Shown: positions 58,921 to 64,000 of the stretch, piece after piece | How positions within the stretch are numbered: position 1 is the first letter of the stretch | Layout of the letters: every line of letters starts with the position of its first letter | Program-made: the position numbers and the translations under genes | Source: the human T2T-CHM13v2.0 reference genome, Homo sapiens | NCBI RefSeq assembly: GCF_009914755.1 | Contig: NC_060925.1 | Reading direction: 5' to 3' (one strand) | Length of the DNA stretch: 64,000 nt | The notes under the pieces: model-generated | Databases searched by the model: none | What the model was told of the DNA's origin: nothing | Seen by the model: only the letters and a program-made list of their open reading frames with translations

Positions 58921-59284
58921 TCTTGTCCTCTTTTTGTTGATTTTTTTTCCCTTTCCTGGGAATTCTTATTAAATAGAAAATATTTGCAGGTCCTTTTTCA
59001 AGTTTGCTTTTAATCTCCTTCCAACTCTATTTTTAAGTATTAAGAACCAATATCCATTGTGTGGAACAATCTAGTGGCAGTGAAATAATCTATCTATTTA
59101 TATTTGTATCTCCTTGTCCTTTCCTGGTTTTCATTAATAAATGTTGTAACAAATGAAATTCCTTTGTGGCATATGCCTGCTAAATAAAGTTTTGGTTTTC
59201 CATCCAAAACATACACCTCACAGAACATGACGAGCATGCTCAGTATGTCTTTTACAGGTGACAAGAACTAGAAGAGGGTAATAG

Positions 59285-59705
59285 TTAGAAATATTTATAT
59301 CTGCAAGAAACAGAAAAGTGACATAGGCCTTAATAAATGGGAGTTTATTATTTTTACTAACAATATTGCTGTTGACCAACTGGCTTGACATTTCAGTTAA
59401 TGATCTCTTAGATTCTTGCGGATTTTCTTCAGTCAAGAGATGGCTTCCCCAATAACTCCCAACATCATATCTGTGTTCAAGGCAGGAAAGGAGTGCAACA
59501 CTAGTCATGTTGCTTCTGCTTATGAGAATAAAACAAATGCCTTTTGGAAATCCCCAGCAGACTTGTGGTTATATCTTATTGGCCAGAGCTTTCCCTAGTT
59601 TCAAGGAAAGAAGGGAAATTAGTATTTATCCTCTATAGTGAAGGTGGCAAAGTAGAAGGGGGTTTGGAATGTCTTGTTAGAAGAGCTGCAAACCAGAACT
59701 GCCTT
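59285..59705 (-). mobile_element. Old MaLR LTR (MLT1J/L-like)
   Basis: ctgcaagaaacagaaaa ... caagagatggct ... aacatcatatctgtgttcaaggcagg ... cttattggccagag. Confidence 0.65.
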
Positions 59706-59934
59706 AGAGTTAAAAGTGGCCTGCTGGTATAGAATTAGCATTCTAAAGCTCATCTATCAAAGATAGAACTGGTCCTGATTTTTCAGTCTCATGTAGACAT
59801 TGACCACAGAAAACCTGTGTTAGAGTTTAGCTTTCATCACTTGAGAGGCCTGCCAAAAACCTCCTCATTATCTTTCAAATGACAGAATAATGACACCAAA
59901 AGGCTTCCCCTGCTCATGAGTGTTGGACTACTCT

Positions 59935-60401
59935 ATACCAAGAGCTGTGAAGGGGCTGAGAACTTTACCCTACTTAAAAGAAGACAAGTTAATCTGTTAC
60001 TTATATGGAGTATCATGTAAGTGACACTCGAGGACACATGAGACTTCTAGGTCAGAGACAAGGGAATCTGTTATTCACACCAATAGTAGTAGCCAAAGTA
60101 CCAACATTTTCTTTCTCTCATTCCCTGAGTCCCAATTGCCACAGGGTGATGTGAAGAGGGCGAGATGATACTGGCACATTTACTGGATTGGAGGAGAAAC
60201 TCTGAGCTTATGAAACCTGAATATTTTATACTGGACAGTAAATATGCCTGCCCTGTGCTCTAGAGGGAAGCATTATCAGTACCTTCCAAAGATGCTCGCT
60301 ACGAACGACCCCTGAAATGATAGTCTGAAACAAAGGCAGTCAGTGCCTCTGCTTAAAAAATATGCAGAAATGGGGGACATCCGTGGGGAAGTGTCCCAGC
60401 A
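59935..60401 (-). mobile_element. ERVL solo LTR (LTR40-like)
   Basis: tgtgaaggggctgagaactttaccctactt ... ggtcagagacaagg ... aaaggcagtcagtgcctctgc ... tcccagca. Confidence 0.75.
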
Positions 60402-61154
60402 CTTCAGTCCCTCACACACTCTTGTCTGCTAACTCCACTCTGATTGGCCATCACCACCACCATTGCAAAATCAACAGAATTGGTTTGTATGTGCCATATC
60501 GATTTGGGAAGCTTGCTAACTCTTTTTATAATGCATCTAATGATAATCATGTAATCTAATGCCCAACTTCCCTTCTCACTTCCCAGTCCCTCCAAAGACC
60601 TCGTTCCAGGGCTTCCACCATGTCCATTGGCACTTTCACTAGCATTGAATAAGTGCATTACTTTCACATTTGTATACTGAACAAGTTGTTGACTGAAAGA
60701 CAAAAGGGTCTAACCTGAGCAAAAAATATGTCAATTATACTATCGGTAATGAGTAGTGTTGATTAAGTCTTCTGACAATGGGGAAGTGAGAATTCATCAA
60801 CTCTGTTAAAAGGATAATGAGTGGTTTGGGGCATGCTATGCAGGCTTGAATTAAATGGATTTATGGGAGAATCCGATTGTAGAAACTTCACAGCAGGTCA
60901 CCTTCAGCTGAGCAATATAGCTGCCTATTGACTAGTAATGAGATTTCTGTTGAAAGCATAATAAGTTAACAGCTCAATGGGATTTTTTTCCCTAAAGCTA
61001 GAAAAAATAGGTTTTAAAAAGTGAAATTTGCTCCATTTTACCACAAGTACAGGCCAAATTCTTTGTTAAAGGTAACACCTCTGAGAAAAGAAAATGGCAT
61101 CTTCAAGTTATAAAGTAAATCATATAGATTATATTATAGGAAAGAGGTTTTAGC

Positions 61155-61413
61155 TTTTTTTTTTTTTTTTTTTGAGACAGGGTCTCACTCTGTCACCCAG
61201 GCTGGAGTGCAGTGGCACGATCTCAGCTCACTGCAACCTCCGACTACCAGGTTCAAGGATTCTCATGCCTCAGACTCCAGAGCAGTTGGAATTACAGGTG
61301 CACACTACCACACCCAGGTAATATATATACATATATATATATATATTTGTTAGAGACGAAGTTTCACCATGTTGGTCAGGCTGGTCTCGAACTCCTGACC
61401 TCAAGTGATCCAC
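61155..61413 (-). mobile_element. AluS, 5'-truncated, with a (TA)n linker
   Basis: Poly-T plus antisense Alu; linker replaced by atatatatac atatatat. Confidence 0.92.
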
Positions 61414-62759
61414 TTAAATAAAATGCTTTTAGCATTTTATTGAGCAAATATGTTTTAAAAAAACTGGTTAAAGAATTTCCATTAAGAATTTCAATAGTAC
61501 CAGAAACTAATAGGCCTAGAAAAGTCATTCATATTTAGATAGGGACATACTGGGCAATATTATTTAGGACTGAGCATTTAGTGAGTGCTCAGCAGTCAGT
61601 AAATCATGCTTCATGGTCAACGGCAAGACCTTTAAAAAATTAAATCTGCCTACTCATGCTTCAGTCACTGTGATTTATCAGAAATCATGCCTGGGAAGAG
61701 AATTGATCTAGAAACAGTAGCCATTTCCGTTCATGCTCTTTAAGCACTTTATTGATAATTGATAGGTTCTCACTATGATCTCAGATGCTTAAGGATTTGA
61801 CAAGTAGTTTTCCCATATAAAGAGGTCAAGGAGCTTGTTCTGAACAGGTATCCAGATGAATGCATCCAGGAGCTTGCTGACTGCTCTGACCTCGTATATT
61901 ACTATTTTACAGCCAACTCCATTTATACCATCCTCTATACCACACTCTGCACTTTCCACCCCATGTCTTTGCTTATGTTGGTTTTCCCTTGCTTGGAAGG
62001 GAAAACCTTCCCTTCTTCTTTCCACCAGTAGAAACCGATTTTTCACCAATCTATGGCATCCCTTACTTCCTCCAAGATTTTCCTTACTTTGTGTTTTTCA
62101 GCATCGTGATTATAATGTACTGCATTGTCAGCTCACGTGGTGTTGTTGCAAACTGCTGTTGTTACTTCTATTTATTTTCTATCTCTCTCACAACAAAGTC
62201 TCAGTGTCTACTATAATGCTAGGCATTTTATGTTTAAAAATCTTTTCCTTGCAAAATGAATGACTTTTAAGCCCACCAAGAGCCAGGAGGTGAGAACAAA
62301 AGCAAGAAAAAATCAGTTTCATCACTCTGAGATCATCAGAGCAGCTGAAGAGATTCTCACCTTTGTGTGAGTCACACTCCCTGCAATCTGCCAGCTGCAG
62401 GGAAGCTCTGATACAGATGGGAGTGGAAAAGAAGATTTAAAAGCAGTTTCTTTTATATATTCTTAGGAAGCATTGATTCATTTTTTCCTCAGTTTTCATA
62501 ATTGAGATTTTGGTGTTAGGTAATGTCACCTATTTTAGGGTGGTGCTATACACTAGGACAATGAACTGCCATGGTTTTTCCCTGGAGCAATATTTATATC
62601 TGCTCAAAAGTAAAATATTCATATTTCTGCTGCCTGTTTGACAAAGGGGCAGTTATCTTATGCAAGTCAATGTGAATAAAAAGGGGAGAGGGTGCAGGAT
62701 GCAAGAGGAGGTCAAAATGCATTCATCTATCAAACTAAGAGATCAAGGAAGAAAGTGTG

Positions 62760-62909
62760 ATGGAAAGCTGTGGTTCTCTGACTTTGGGTACAAAACAATC
62801 ATTTGCAGAGCTTATGAAAAAAGAAGATTCCTGAGCCTCCACTCAGACTTCCTATATCAGAATCTGTATGTGTGTGTTTGGGGGAGAGGGAGAGCAGGAA
62901 TCTACATTT

Positions 62910-62948
<39 letters not shown>

Positions 62949-62990
62949 GGAATTCTTATTCAGAAGATCTGAAGACCACATTTTAAGAAT
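62760..62990. mobile_element. MER5A-type MITE containing (AAT)12
   Basis: gtggttctctgactttgg ... gattcctgagcctccac ... tcagaatct ... gaagaccac; (AAT)n at 62911-62946. Confidence 0.7.
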
Positions 62991-63160
62991 TGGAGACAGA
63001 TGAACCTAGCTTAGTTGCATTCTAGCAGCATGGACTTAATTACTCTAAGCCTCAGTTTTCTGTCAAAGGGGGGTAATATCAACATATCCCATGGGGTTAT
63101 TGGGAAGTTTGAAGTGATAAAACCTGCATGGTGCCTGCACAGGGTATATTTGAAAATATT
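62990..63160. mobile_element. MIR
   Basis: ttggagacagatgaacctag ... ctctaagcctcagttttctgtcaaagggggg. Confidence 0.7.
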
Positions 63161-64000
63161 TACAGTTTTGACATTTTAGAAAAGGTAGTAGCTTTATCTA
63201 TCTGAAGTAATCCTCCATTTGAAGTGATGTGAATTGGCAGAACCTTTTTCACGAGGACCTGTGTCAAGAGTGAAAGGCTGAAATGCCTGCTTTTTCATTT
63301 CTATATTGCTGGTGATGCAGAAGCATCCCAGGTTACTAAATTTGCTGGGGAAAAGATAATCTGCTTATTGGAAGCATCACCATCTACTGTTTTTTTTCCT
63401 TCCCATTTTCCACGAAAATAATAGAGCTGAGGGTTAGTTCTAAAACTAGGCAGTAAAATTTAAAATTTTTAGAACACCACACTGGCTCAGGGCAATGGTT
63501 TCTTTAATAGTGTAGAACTAAGGGAATATTCTGGGGATGCACAATAATCTTCTATGAAATCCAAATCCAAAAGTTAAAAAAAATCCCAAACCACTCTTTT
63601 TCTTAATCAACTATTAGGAGCTAATTGTTACATGACTTTATATAAGCCTTTAAATAAATCTATAATAATGTCTCATTATGAGACACTGATACACAAAACC
63701 TCACACTTGGAAAACTGGCAATTTTGAAAATGATTGAGATTCTTGAGAAAAGTGAGATGAGTTTAACTTCAAATAGCCAGTGTCTCCTACTACATTTGCA
63801 ATGACAGTATTTACCAAAATTTAATTTTTCAATTTTTGTATGTACATTGCTTTTATAAAACATGGCTTAAGTTTATTTAAATTTTCATACAGACCTTTGA
63901 ATAATAAACTGCATTTTTATTGCCTGTCAGATAAAGTAGTATTTTCTTTTATTTTATGTCTCTTGCCATATTTAAGTTTCAAATATTTGCCATTTTCCTT

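Noticed and set aside
60404-62263. Assorted 85-135 aa ORFs
   Set aside because: No recognisable domains, several non-ATG starts, and lengths compatible with chance.

Overview
Primate (most likely human) AT-rich, CpG-poor, repeat-dense intronic or intergenic DNA. No host protein-coding exon, RNA gene, CpG island or CRISPR array can be supported. Nearly all listed ORFs are translations of Alu, L1 or LTR sequence, or chance ORFs. The window holds about 19 Alu copies or fragments (J, S, Y, monomers), several L1, L2 and MIR fragments, many MaLR/ERVL LTRs, a full-length THE1D and DNA-transposon fossils (MER30, MER44A, MER58B, MER5A). The most informative structure is a very old, heavily degraded gammaretrovirus-like (ERV1) provirus on the + strand at about 34970-43765. 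It retains gag, protease, RT, RNase H and env-TM (immunosuppressive domain) motifs plus a 3' LTR, and it is interrupted by five younger insertions. Other notable items are a twin-primed inverted L1MA, a candidate ancient TIR element split by L1PA and Alu, a quasi-palindromic AT-rich expansion inside an MLT2 LTR, a templated fold-back insertion in an Alu monomer, and a GAA/GAG-type compound repeat grown from an Alu tail. I do not see convincing evidence of a new functional biological system. Subfamily names come from memory of consensus sequences, and boundaries of old repeats are approximate.
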